This document shows positions 29,544 through 64,000 of a DNA stretch of 64,000 nt, one piece after another. The translations under genes and the position numbers were made by a program. The notes beneath the pieces are model-generated. The model did not search any database. It worked only from the letters and a program-made list of their open reading frames with translations, and was not told where the DNA came from. Source of the DNA: the human T2T-CHM13v2.0 reference genome, Homo sapiens; assembly GCF_009914755.1 (NCBI RefSeq), contig NC_060934.1. One strand, given 5' to 3'. Position 1 is the stretch's first letter. The number at the start of each line of letters is the position of its first letter.

Positions 29544-32511
29544 CACACACAAATGTTCTGGACATTATATAAGCATTAGATATTACTGATATCTTATTTT
29601 TGTTTATTTTTAAATGTCTGTCCCTTTAAACCATTCCTTTCAACATATTTGTGTGGTTTAAATAAAAATAAGTTTGAAGAAATTTCAGAAAGAACTTTGA
29701 TAAACCCATTGAATGACTTGGAAATTCCAAGGGGATTTCAAAGCCAGGTGGAGGAATGCCTGCTTAGTGTCTTTCCTCAGTGCAAAGGCTGATAAAGGCC
29801 TCAATTTCTCCCTCAGTTTACTGTGATCAGAGACTTAGGCTGCCTAGTTATCCTTGTTGCCTGGACAAAAAACTCTTTAGATGCATGCAGGTTTGTGTAG
29901 AGTTTGTGGGGAGGTTTCAGATGGTAAAATGCCTCTTCCTACCTCAGGTGAGGGGAGGGTTACTATCATTCCTTTTTCACAGAGCTATTCTAGTTCTGTT
30001 TATAAGTAGTGTTCTTTGTATAGTGGATGTTGAGCAAACACTTGTTAAACTATAGGAAGTTATAACATCGGGAGAATTTCTAACAACTGCAAAGTGTTCT
30101 GATATGTAATAAATTGCCTTGAGAAATAGTAGGAGCCAGTGCTGGAAGGAGTCAAGCTAAGGCTGGTGTAGTCTCCTAGGGCTGTTGTAGAGAAGAGTCT
30201 AAAGTGGGAGGTGTTGATCTTATGGTCCCAGAGGTCTCTCCCACACTACCTTTCTGCCTGTATAGGTCAGAATCTATTAAGAGTGAGTAGGAATGGATTA
30301 CACCCCACAGTCATGAAGGGCCTTAAATGATAGTAGCACACTAGTGTCATATGTCAAGTGGCAAATGACACTAGCACCAAATGTGATTCTGCATTTAAGT
30401 TCTAAGTATTAAATGCATCTATTTGCTATATGAAAACATAAGATATCCCAGTGTTTGAAAACTGGTTCAATATTGTGTTGATTTTTGTTTTGCTTTAATA
30501 CACTAAGGGAACTTCAAAAGGCTGATGTGGTCCATGCTCTCTGAGCCAGGCCTCTCTTGACTTCTTATGTTTAGTTATTCATGAAACCACTGGGCCTGTC
30601 TAAATGGCCAAGTCATATAGGAAGAGACAGAGTGAAAGGGAGAGCAAGAGCTAGAGTGAGAGAAAGAGAGAGAGACATCTTCTCACCTTCAGACCTGATC
30701 AGAGGCAATAATGGGAGACCATGGGAGGGGAGAGCCTGATCTGATGATTCCTTTTCAGTTATTTTCTGGAAAGTTTAAAAAATATGGTATTCTTCATGGA
30801 GAAGCCAAGATGTTAGGCTGCAGGCAGTGCTTATGCTCTCTAGCCTAGTGAGGAGGAAAGCAGTATAGGTAAATAAAATGACATTTAGTTGGTAATATAG
30901 GCAGGGCCTATATCAACTGCCACCTATAAAAGGCGTTGGTGATGGTCTTTAGGGGGCCATTGGCAAATTGCTACAACAAAATAATAAAATAAATAAAATA
31001 ACAAAATCCAAGTTTATCTCCCAGAATCTATCTGGGCATATCATTACTGTTGGAAAGACTTATGTTTACCAGGTGAGAAAACTGATGCTGAGAGGGGTTA
31101 AATATTATGCACAGCTTCTCACATCTAGTGAAGTAACTGAACTAGGATTTATATCTAGGGACTCTGTCCTTCATAGGACAAGTTGCTAATTTGGGGGTGT
31201 TCTCAGGGAGAGGAAAATGTCTATATGCTCATATGCACAGATTATCCAAATCAAAACTCTTTCTCCCCATTGTCCTTTCTCAGTTGAACTAGATGTTAAT
31301 ACCACTATTGTATTAGTCGACTAAGATTGCCTTCTGCAGAAAACCACCGATGTCTCCTTTCTACCCAAGTGCTCTGGGGCTCCTCCCCTGCCCATTCTCC
31401 TCCAACATCCCATTCCACATTCTCTTTCTATCTCTGCAGGACTCCCTGTAGTCCTCCCTGCCCATCCATTATCTCCCTCAAGCTGTCCCCTCAGCCTTTT
31501 CTAACAGGGAAAGGCTGGTGCCCTGGTAAAGAGTCCCCCACCCCCATCCCACTCCCTGGCACTAGATGGGCTTGGGAGACAATGACTGCCCCTCCCTCAT
31601 GCTGTTCTGATGTCTCTTGTTCCTTCCAGTCACCTCCCTTCCAGGCCCATGAGGAGGGCCTGAGGCCCACACTAGCTAGTCTTTTCTCTGGAGGTTGTTT
31701 GGGGGCAGGGAGGAAGTCTAAAGTAGAGAGAAAGCGCTGCCATGCCTTAAGCCAACCTTTCCAGAAGTATAATGCCCTTGCCACTAGTAGTTTGGGAAAC
31801 AATTTTTATTGGCATGCAGGCAAATATTTTGTTTCAATAGTGGCATATTTATTTTTATGGATACCTTCTATTTTTGGCAAGGAATGCTGATTTTCCATTT
31901 ATGGTTATAATGTAATGTTTTATTTTAAAAACAAAATGACTTAGGGAACAAAATAAGTTGACTTAAAAATAAATTATTAGTTAAATATATATTTAGTATA
32001 TACAAGTAGACTACAGAAATGGCAAAATAGATTGAAGTTGAAGAAACATTGCCTTAAGCTAAGCCCACTCAGGATGAAATTTTATCTGCCCCCAAATCAA
32101 CATCTCTTGAAAAGTGGTCCCTATCTTTCCTTGTGTCAGTTCTTAACACCCAGGGGGTAGGCATGCTTCTCATGTTTGTTTTCATAGAATATCTGTGTTT
32201 TCAGGGGACCACCATATGCAAAAATGTCAGGGGAGGGGTACTCAATTGGATTAAGAAGCCAGGGCCCACAGAACAGATGTTTTCACCCTACTAACCCAAT
32301 TGCTGTCTGCTTTTTAGTTGCCACAGTCTAAACATTCTTTAATGCATTGTCTTTTTCAGTCATTGCTCAAGAGGTAGGTTAGTATACCAGTTTTCATAGT
32401 GGGAAAAATTAGGAGACTTAATAATTTGCTGCATATCTTGGTGGCCAAGTTTTCCAGCCCTGGTCAGTTAGGCTTTAGGACACTTTTCTTAGCCTTCAGG
32501 AATGTGAGCAT

Positions 32512-32671
32512 GGAAGTAGTACAGAAAGGAAGTAGTACAGAAAGGAAGTAATACAGGAAGGAAGTAGTGCAGGAAGGAAGTGGTACAGGAAGGAAGTGGT
32601 ACAGGAAGGAAGTAGTGCAGGAAGGAAGAAGTATAGGAAGGAAGTAGTGAAGGAAGGAAGTAGTACAGGAA
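32512..32671 (+). repeat. Minisatellite, 10 x 16 bp, consensus GGAAGTAGTACAGGAA
   Basis: Ten head-to-tail units counted directly. Confidence 0.97.
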
Positions 32672-33630
32672 AAGTGGTTGTAAGCCATTTAACTTACTTT
32701 TTTTCATCTGAACTGTGACCCCCAAATTATCAATTTGTCTTGTGAAGTCACTTCATTTAGGAAAAGCAATGTAAAATTAAAAATTAGTATTTATTGTGTG
32801 TACTAGGTGCTTTGCATATGTCATTTCTTTAATCCTGTAGGAAATAATATGTTCTCCAGGAGGTGACAATGTCTATATGATTAGATTCACAGATTACCTA
32901 TCCAAATCTAAGATCTCCGTCCTCTCTCTTCCTTTCCCAAGAACCCATACATATTTCTATTAATTGGTAGAAATAATTATTAATAGACTTTGTCACTTGG
33001 CCACTGTGGGCTCTGACGCCCTCTAGTGACAGAAAAATTCTTTGGTAGAAGAAGTAATATCCCTAGATAGCAGTCTACAGAATTGTTTAAGCAATTATCT
33101 TTACTTGAGCTTGAAACTAGAATAGCTAATTTGTAACAATTAACTTTTGTAACAAAAGAATTATTATACTGATCAAAGTTCTGATAATTTATCAGTTAAG
33201 ATTTTTTCAGTTGTAAGAATCTAGCTTAAGCAGAAACTAAGAATTTGTAGAGTTGGGTAACTTTGGGTGGTCCAGGGTTCAATTTCAGAACCAAATGCAT
33301 CCAGAACTTGGATAGCTCTACCAACCTTGATCTTTCAGCATGGTTTCCTCTCAGTGTGGTTTCCTCTCAGCATGAGTTGACTGTTTTCAGCTCTGGCAGG
33401 GCCACAAGCTCCCTTCACAACCAACCACATCAGTTTCACATCTCACATATTTCTACTTCAAATCCAATGAAAAAGAAAGGGTTTGTGTCCCAGTGTTTCC
33501 AGTAAAGATCCCAAAATCTACTCCAACTGAATGTGATGTGCTGATTGGCTTAAGCCAAGTCACGTTTCCCACCCACTACCTCCCTCCACCTACACATATA
33601 CCCAAGCCCTGGGATTGGTACCAATGCCAC

Positions 33631-34040
33631 TGTGATGGTTAATTTTATGTATCAAATTAGCTAGGCCATGGCACTTGGCTATTTAGTCAAACACTATCTT
33701 AGATGTTTCTGTAAAGCAATGTTTTGGATGGGATTAACATTTAAATCTTTACACTTTGAGTAAAACATTTGCTTTCTATAATGTCAATAGGCCTTATCCA
33801 GTTAGTTGAAGGCCTTAAAAAAGAAAAAAAAAAAGACTGACTTCCACTGAGTGAGTGAGAATTATGCCAGCAGACGGCCTTTGGACTTGAACTATAACTT
33901 TTTCATGGGTCTCCAGCCTGTTGGCCAATGCTAAAGTTTTGGACTTGCCAGCCTCTACAATCACGTGAGCCAACTCCTATCTATCTTTCCATTTATTCAT
34001 TCTCTTGGTTCTATTTCTCTAGAGAACCCTGACTAAAAGA
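33631..34040 (+). mobile_element. MLT2 (ERVL) solo LTR, probably nested in an older MLT1-type LTR
   Basis: tgtgatggttaattttatgt...ctctagagaaccctgactaa; 5-bp TSD gccac/accac. Confidence 0.85.
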
Positions 34041-35112
34041 ACCACTCACATCAAATAGTTAAGAAGAGGGGAGAGGGACAGTTTTTCTAAAGACAACTTG
34101 GAAGTACTATTACCAGAAGGAAGAAGAAGGAGAAAGGCAGGATAAACAGTCATGGATATACACTATAGCTGGGAGTTATTAAAATCAACTTATTGCAATT
34201 TAGTAAAAACAATTTGGTTGACAACATTTTTTAAACATTAGGACCAAAGGGGAAAAGAACAAAAGTCTTAGTGGTAAAAAGATGTAGAAGTTTTTTGTTT
34301 TTTTTTTTTAATCTTAACTCTTCCTGTTTTTTTACATAGTCAAGATTCTTGTTTAAGTGTTATTCAGAATGTTCAGAAACCAGGATATCTTTTGAGTAGA
34401 AGCTTTAACTTATATGGTATGGTTTGAATAAGGATGGTTGTCCAAAATATCTCCAACATCTGTTGGAGTGCCTGAAATTCTATTATTAAAATTTTATTTC
34501 TTTGCCCTTGAAGGCCTGAGGACTCTCAGGAATATGCTGGTAAAATAAAAATAACCTTTAGAGATGCCCAAACTGTTTTCCCCAGAACACCAGCATTCAT
34601 TAGGTGTTCATTCAATAGATTCTTCAAAGGATTCCAAAGGCAAAGAAGTTTGGGGAACAGTATATATAATTACCCAACCCTTTGACATTAGCATACTAAG
34701 GGCCCTGAGAAGTTTTGGATTAAGAAAGTTTTCAAGTTAAAGTAACCCAGAATTTTCTAAGATTATTTGACCATGAAACATATGTCTCCCCACAAAGCAC
34801 ATATTCCTATCTCCTTGAACTTGAGGATAATTAGACGTACGTGGGTAGAGGGTAGGGGAAGGGGGTATGGCATAGAAAGAGCAGGACCTTGGGAGCAAGA
34901 ATATCTAAGTTTAATTCCTGACTCTGCTATTTATTAACTAACCATCTTTGCCAATGTTGCTTAAGCTTTTTTGGCTACATTTTTTTATTTGTAAAGTAAG
35001 TTTAATAATCACTCATCTCACTGGGCTATAATGATAAGTATTAAGTAAGGAAGATCCACATATGTGAGTTGCTGGCTTATAATTCACACTCAAGAGATAC
35101 TGATTTTGTCAA

Positions 35113-35225
35113 TTGTCCTTTCCCCTTTTTTTCTCTCTTCCCTCCTTCCATTCCTTCTTCCCTTACCTCTCCTTTCCTTCCCTCACACCCCTTTTCCTTC
35201 CTTCTTTTTACATTTTTTTATTTAA
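35113..35225 (+). repeat. Polypyrimidine low-complexity tract in the FAS upstream promoter
   Basis: About 100 nt of almost pure C/T. Confidence 0.8.
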
Positions 35226-35360
35226 ATGAACTTTTCATTTTGGAATAGTTTTAGGATTTCAAAAAATTTGCAGAGATAATACAGAGAATGCCCATATACC
35301 ATCCTCCTTATCCCACTTCTTTTTGTGTCTATTAGATGCTCAGAGTGTGTGCACAAGGCT

Positions 35361-35369
35361 GGCACGCCC
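35361..35369 (+). promoter_or_regulatory. Sp1-like site carrying the FAS -1377 polymorphism (G allele here)
   Basis: GGCACGCCC; G at 35366 is c.-1378. Confidence 0.7.
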
Positions 35370-36066
35370 AGGGTCTTCCTCATGGCACTAACAGTCTACT
35401 GAAAGGTGGAACAGAGACAAGCCTATCAACACCTACAAGACTGGTGGTAAGTGCAGTGACAGATGCAAAACACAGGGTGATGGAAAGCCCTCAGGAGGGT
35501 AACCTAACCTAGATTTGAGGGCCCAAACAGGCTCCAGAAGAAAATGTCAACTGAGAGGAAGCCTGAAGGATGAACAGTGGGCTAAGCAAAGGGTTATTAA
35601 TGTGTTATTAATGGGTTGAATCTAATTGGGAAGGGAGAGAGGTTGCAGAGTGAGGTGCAGAGCTTGGTGGACGATGCCAAAGGAATACTGAAACCTTTAG
35701 TGTGTCCAGTCTGGAACTGCATCCAAATTCAGGTTCAGTAATGATGTCATTATCCAAACATACCTTCTGTAAAATTCATGCTAAACTACCTAAGAGCTAT
35801 CTACCGTTCCAAAGCAATAGTGACTTTGAACAGTGTTCACCAGAGCACGAAAGAATTACAAGATTTTTTTTTAAAGAAAATTGGCCAGGAAATAATGAGT
35901 AACGAAGGACAGGAAGTAATTGTGAATGTTTAATATAGCTGGGGCTATGCGATTTGGCTTAAGTTGTTAGCTTTGTTTTCCTCTTGAGAAATAAAAACTA
36001 AGGGGCCCTCCCTTTTCAGAGCCCTATGGCGCAACATCTGTACTTTTTCATATGGTTAACTGTCCA

Positions 36067-36075
36067 TTCCAGGAA
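36067..36075 (+). promoter_or_regulatory. GAS/STAT element carrying the FAS -670 polymorphism (G allele here)
   Basis: TTCCAGGAA; G at 36073 is c.-671. Confidence 0.75.
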
Positions 36076-36448
36076 CGTCTGTGAGCCTCTCATGTTGCAG
36101 CCACAACATGGACAGCCCAGTCAAATGCCCCGCAAGTCTTTCTCTGAGTGACTCCAGCAATTAGCCAAGGCTCCTGTACCCAGGCAGGACCTCTGCGCTC
36201 TGAGCTCCATTCTCCTTCAAGACCTCCCCAACTTCCCAGGTTGAACTACAGCAGAAGCCTTTAGAAAGGGCAGGAGGCCGGCTCTCGAGGTCCTCACCTG
36301 AAGTGAGCATGCCAGCCACTGCAGGAACGCCCCGGGACAGGAATGCCCATTTGTGCAACGAACCCTGACTCCTTCCTCACCCTGACTTCTCCCCCTCCCT
36401 ACCCGCGCGCAGGCCAAGTTGCTGAATCAATGGAGCCCTCCCCAACCC

Positions 36449-36458
36449 GGGCGTTCCC
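36449..36458 (+). promoter_or_regulatory. NF-kB (kB/Sp1) site GGGCGTTCCC at -295/-286
   Basis: Motif seen at the position of the known FAS promoter kB element; a second kB-like GGGGCTTTTC lies at 36492-36501. Confidence 0.8.
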
Positions 36459-36743
36459 CAGCGAGGCTTCCTTCCCATCCTCCTGACCACCGGGGCTTTT
36501 CGTGAGCTCGTCTCTGATCTCGCGCAAGAGTGACACACAGGTGTTCAAAGACGCTTCTGGGGAGTGAGGGAAGCGGTTTACGAGTGACTTGGCTGGAGCC
36601 TCAGGGGCGGGCACTGGCACGGAACACACCCTGAGGCCAGCCCTGGCTGCCCAGGCGGAGCTGCCTCTTCTCCCGCGGGTTGGTGGACCCGCTCAGTACG
36701 GAGTTGGGGAAGCTCTTTCACTTCGGAGGATTGCTCAACAACC

Positions 36744-60335
<23,592 letters not shown>

Positions 60336-60963
60336 AGTGAAAAACAACAAATTCAGTTCTGAGTATATGCAATTAGTGTTTGAAAAGATTCTTAATAGCT
60401 GGCTGTAAATACTGCTTGGTTTTTTACTGGGTACATTTTATCATTTATTAGCGCTGAAGAGCCAACATATTTGTAGATTTTTAATATCTCATGATTCTGC
60501 CTCCAAGGATGTTTAAAATCTAGTTGGGAAAACAAACTTCATCAAGAGTAAATGCAGTGGCATGCTAAGTACCCAAATAGGAGTGTATGCAGAGGATGAA
60601 AGATTAAGATTATGCTCTGGCATCTAACATATGATTCTGTAGTATGAATGTAATCAGTGTATGTTAGTACAAATGTCTATCCACAGGCTAACCCCACTCT
60701 ATGAATCAATAGAAGAAGCTATGACCTTTTGCTGAAATATCAGTTACTGAACAGGCAGGCCACTTTGCCTCTAAATTACCTCTGATAATTCTAGAGATTT
60801 TACCATATTTCTAAACTTTGTTTATAACTCTGAGAAGATCATATTTATGTAAAGTATATGTATTTGAGTGCAGAATTTAAATAAGGCTCTACCTCAAAGA
60901 CCTTTGCACAGTTTATTGGTGTCATATTATACAATATTTCAATTGTGAATTCACATAGAAAAC

Positions 60964-60969
60964 ATTAAA
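60964..60969 (+). terminator. FAS: Proximal FAS poly(A) signal candidate (ATTAAA)
   Basis: ATTAAA ~630 nt after the stop codon, with T/GT-rich sequence downstream. Confidence 0.5.
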
Positions 60970-61650
60970 TTATAATGTTTGACTATTATATATGTGTATG
61001 CATTTTACTGGCTCAAAACTACCTACTTCTTTCTCAGGCATCAAAAGCATTTTGAGCAGGAGAGTATTACTAGAGCTTTGCCACCTCTCCATTTTTGCCC
61101 TGGTGCTCATCTTAATGGCCTAATGCACCCCCAAACATGGAAATATCACCAAAAAATACTTAATAGTCCACCAAAAGGCAAGACTGCCCTTAGAAATTCT
61201 AGCCTGGTTTGGAGATACTAACTGCTCTCAGAGAAAGTAGCTTTGTGACATGTCATGAACCCATGTTTGCAATCAAAGATGATAAAATAGATTCTTATTT
61301 TTCCCCCACCCCCGAAAATGTTCAATAATGTCCCATGTAAAACCTGCTACAAATGGCAGCTTATACATAGCAATGGTAAAATCATCATCTGGATTTAGGA
61401 ATTGCTCTTGTCATACCCCCAAGTTTCTAAGATTTAAGATTCTCCTTACTACTATCCTACGTTTAAATATCTTTGAAAGTTTGTATTAAATGTGAATTTT
61501 AAGAAATAATATTTATATTTCTGTAAATGTAAACTGTGAAGATAGTTATAAACTGAAGCAGATACCTGGAACCACCTAAAGAACTTCCATTTATGGAGGA
61601 TTTTTTTGCCCCTTGTGTTTGGAATTATAAAATATAGGTAAAAGTACGTA

Positions 61651-61656
61651 ATTAAA
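61651..61656 (+). terminator. FAS: Major FAS poly(A) signal (ATTAAA)
   Basis: ATTAAA followed by a long GT/T-rich downstream element (61670-61730). Confidence 0.7.
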
Positions 61657-62924
61657 TAATGTTTTTGGTATTTCTGGTTTTCTCTTTTTTGGTAGGGGCT
61701 TGCTTTTTGGTTTTGTCTTCCTTTTCTCTAACTGATGCTAAATATAACTTGTCTTTGATGCTTCTTGGATCCCTTAGAAGGTACTTCCTTTTTAACCTTA
61801 ACCCTTTTAGTAGTTAAATAATTATTTCCATAGGTTGCTATTGCCAAGAAGACCTCTTCCAAACAGCACATGATTATTCGTCAAACAGTTTCGTATTCCA
61901 GATACTGGAATGTGGATAAGAAAGTATACATTTCAAGGGGTAGGTTTTATTATTAAGAAAGCCAAATGAGGATTTTGAAATATTCTTTCCTGCATATTAT
62001 CCATTCTAGCTACATGCTGGCCAGTGGGCCACCTTTCTTTTCTGCAATTTAATGCTAGTAATATATTCTATTTAACCCATGAGTCCCAAAGTATTAGCAT
62101 TTCAACATGTAAGCATGTCGGTAAGATAGTTGTGCTTTGCTTAGGGTTCCCTCCTGTGTTATGGTCTGGAAAGTGTCTTTAGGCAGAAAGTCTGAGTGAT
62201 CACAGGGTTCGCTCATTAATTTCTCTTTTCTGAGCCATCATAGTCTGTGCTGTCTGCTCTCCAGTTTTCTATTTCTAGACAGAAGTAGGGCAAGTTAGGT
62301 ACTAGTTATTCTTCATGGCCAGAAGTGCAAGTTCTACTTTGCAAGACAAGATTAAGTTAGAGAACACCCTATTCCACTTTGGTGAACTCAGAGCAAGAAC
62401 TTTGAGTTCCTTTGGGAGGAAGACAGTGGAGAAGTCTTTGTACTTGGTGATGTGGTTTTTTCCCTCATGGCTTCACCTAGTGGCCCCAAGCATGACTTCT
62501 CCCATGTCAATGAGCACAGCCACGTTCCCGAGTTGAGGTGACCCCACGGTCCAGAATCATCCTCATTCTGGTGAACCTGGTTCTCTTTGTGGTGGGCATA
62601 CTGGGTAGGAGAATCACCCAAAGGTCACCCATGAGCTGCAGAAAAAAAGGCTATTTGCAGAAGGAGCTCACAGATCACATTGAAAGCATTGCATATTCAA
62701 ACATCTTGGTCTTCTTTATTGGCATGCCCACAGGGTCTTCTGACCTCTGATTAGATCAGACACTTTTTAGATATTGAATCATCAGTTTCTGTACAACTAT
62801 CTGAATAAGGTATATAATCAATGAAATTTAGAATTTTTTTCTATGCTTACTCCTGATTGGTAATTTGTTTGGGTTTAGAATTCTATACAAGGCCATTTGT
62901 AATTTTCCTCAGCACTTTAAAAAT

Positions 62925-62930
62925 ATTAAA
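62925..62930 (+). terminator. FAS: Distal FAS poly(A) signal candidate (ATTAAA)
   Basis: ATTAAA followed by a GT-rich tract (ctgttgctgttg); fits a long-UTR isoform. Confidence 0.55.
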
Positions 62931-62944
62931 CCATGTTTTCTTAA

Positions 62945-63470
62945 CATCTGTTGCTGTTGATTATGTCTGCTCTTGGTGTAAATATCATTCCTTTGTAGGT
63001 AATCTGTAATTTTTTTTCCTCTGGTAATTTTTAAAGCTTCCCCTACTACTTTCCTATGTGTTCTGCAGTTTCACAACAATGACTTTCAATGTGTATTTAT
63101 TTTTACTTAATCTATTTAATAAGATTTAATTAGAAAGGCAGGGCTTTCATCATTTCTGGAAAAAATCCCAGCTATTTTCTCTTTAAATAGTGTTTCTTTA
63201 CCATTCTCATTCTCTTCTTCTGAAACTGTTGTTATTATCTGTTGAAGCTTCTTGAGTTATTTTCTAGGTCTCTTAATTTTTTTTAAAACAATAATTGTCT
63301 CTGTATGTTGCATTTTAGGAAATTTCTCATTACTCTTTTTAAATTAACTGTTAGTTTTTACTAAGCCCGGCTAGAATAGTCTATCCACTGAGGTATGTAT
63401 TTTGTTTTCTATATTTTTCATTCTTAATGTTTCTTATTGTTCCTTTTACATTTTTACTTGTATATGTTTC
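62945..63470 (-). mobile_element. Old L1M fragment
   Basis: T-rich antisense L1M-like sequence, including tctgcagtttcac and ctggaaaaaatcccagctatt. Confidence 0.55.
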
Positions 63471-63479
63471 ATTCCTGCT

Positions 63480-63638
63480 TTTTTTAATTTTCTTTCTTCT
63501 TTCTCTTTTCTCTCTTTTTTTTTTTCTTCTTGCAGTGCAGACAGACTTTATTAGTACAGCAGAGGTGCCCACAGAGCAGGCAGAAGGGATCAGTGCCTGG
63601 ATCTGTCCCTTCCTCCTTCTGCCCTCGCTGAGCCCTAG
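63480..63638 (-). pseudogene. 3' end of a processed retrocopy (AATAAA plus poly(A)), cut by LTR12
   Basis: Minus strand reads ...ctgctgtactAATAAAgtctgtctgcactgcAAGAAGAAAAAAAA...; GC-rich UTR-like body. Confidence 0.65.
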
Positions 63639-64000
63639 TGTGTCCGGAATTGGTGGGTTCTTGGTCTCACTGACTTCAAGAATGAAGCCGCGGACCCTCA
63701 CGGTGAGTGTTACAGTTCTTAAAGGCAGCGTGTCCGGAGTTCATTCCTTCTAATGTTCGGATGTGTTCGGAGTTTCTTCCTTCTGGTGGGTTTGTGGTCT
63801 CGCTGGCTCAGGAGTGAAGCTACAGACCTTCGCGGTGAGCATTACAGCTCTTAAGGCGGCCCGTCTGGAGTTGTTCGTTCCTCCCGGTGGGTTCATGGTC
63901 TCGCTGGCTTCAGGAGTTAAGCTGCAAACTTTCGCAGTGAGTGTTACAGCTCATGAAGGCAGTGTAGACCTAAAGAGTGAGCAGCAGCAAAATTTATTGA
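63639..64000 (-). mobile_element. LTR12 (ERV9 LTR) 3' part, continuing beyond the window
   Basis: tgtgtccggaattggtgggttcttggtctcactgacttcaagaatgaagccgcggacc and the repeated ggtgagtgttacagctc units. Confidence 0.95.

Noticed and set aside
30925-30932. Perfect TATA box TATAAAAG
   Set aside because: No CpG island, initiator context or downstream donor that I could support.
31327-31890. 187-aa Pro/Ser-rich ORF and overlapping antisense ORF
   Set aside because: TTG start, C-rich compositional bias, no recognisable domain or splice context.
31895-31904. Perfect CArG boxes CCATTTATGG (also 61587-61596) as possible ACTA2/SRF elements
   Set aside because: Several such 10-mers are expected by chance in 64 kb of AT-rich DNA; they are not clustered and are far from the ACTA2 promoter.
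32512-32671. Repeat array as CRISPR-like or coding (ORFs 32464 and 32489)
   Set aside because: Units are head-to-tail with no unique spacers, in human DNA; the periodic peptides are artefacts of the repeat.
62315-62750. ORFs in the distal FAS 3' UTR as a possible pseudogene or micropeptide
   Set aside because: No recognisable homology, poly(A) tail or TSD.

Overview
Human genomic DNA covering the complete FAS (CD95/TNFRSF6) gene on the + strand. The nine coding exons (36744-60335) splice with canonical GT-AG junctions to a 1008-nt, 335-aa ORF that matches human FAS as I know it. The first ~36 kb is repeat-rich sequence between ACTA2 and FAS; it should also be intron 1 of a long minus-strand ACTA2 isoform that starts inside the FAS CpG island. 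The remainder is FAS introns, the 3' UTR and an LTR12 at the right edge. Apart from FAS exons and an L1 ORF2 fragment, the ORF track is chance ORFs or Alu/LTR translations. I found no new multi-gene system. The best leads are: (1) alternative phase-0 FAS 5' exons that would replace the signal peptide, one apparently broken by a 2-nt frameshift in this haplotype; (2) a 10x16-bp ETS-motif array and a CTCF-like site about 4 kb upstream of FAS; (3) a compact ISRE+GAS+kappaB element and a 155-bp internal duplication in intron 1; (4) two orphan retrocopied mRNA 3' ends; (5) two twin-primed, 5'-inverted L1s; (6) candidate splice switches that give a death-domain-less FAS. Repeat subfamily names and rs numbers are from memory and were not searched.
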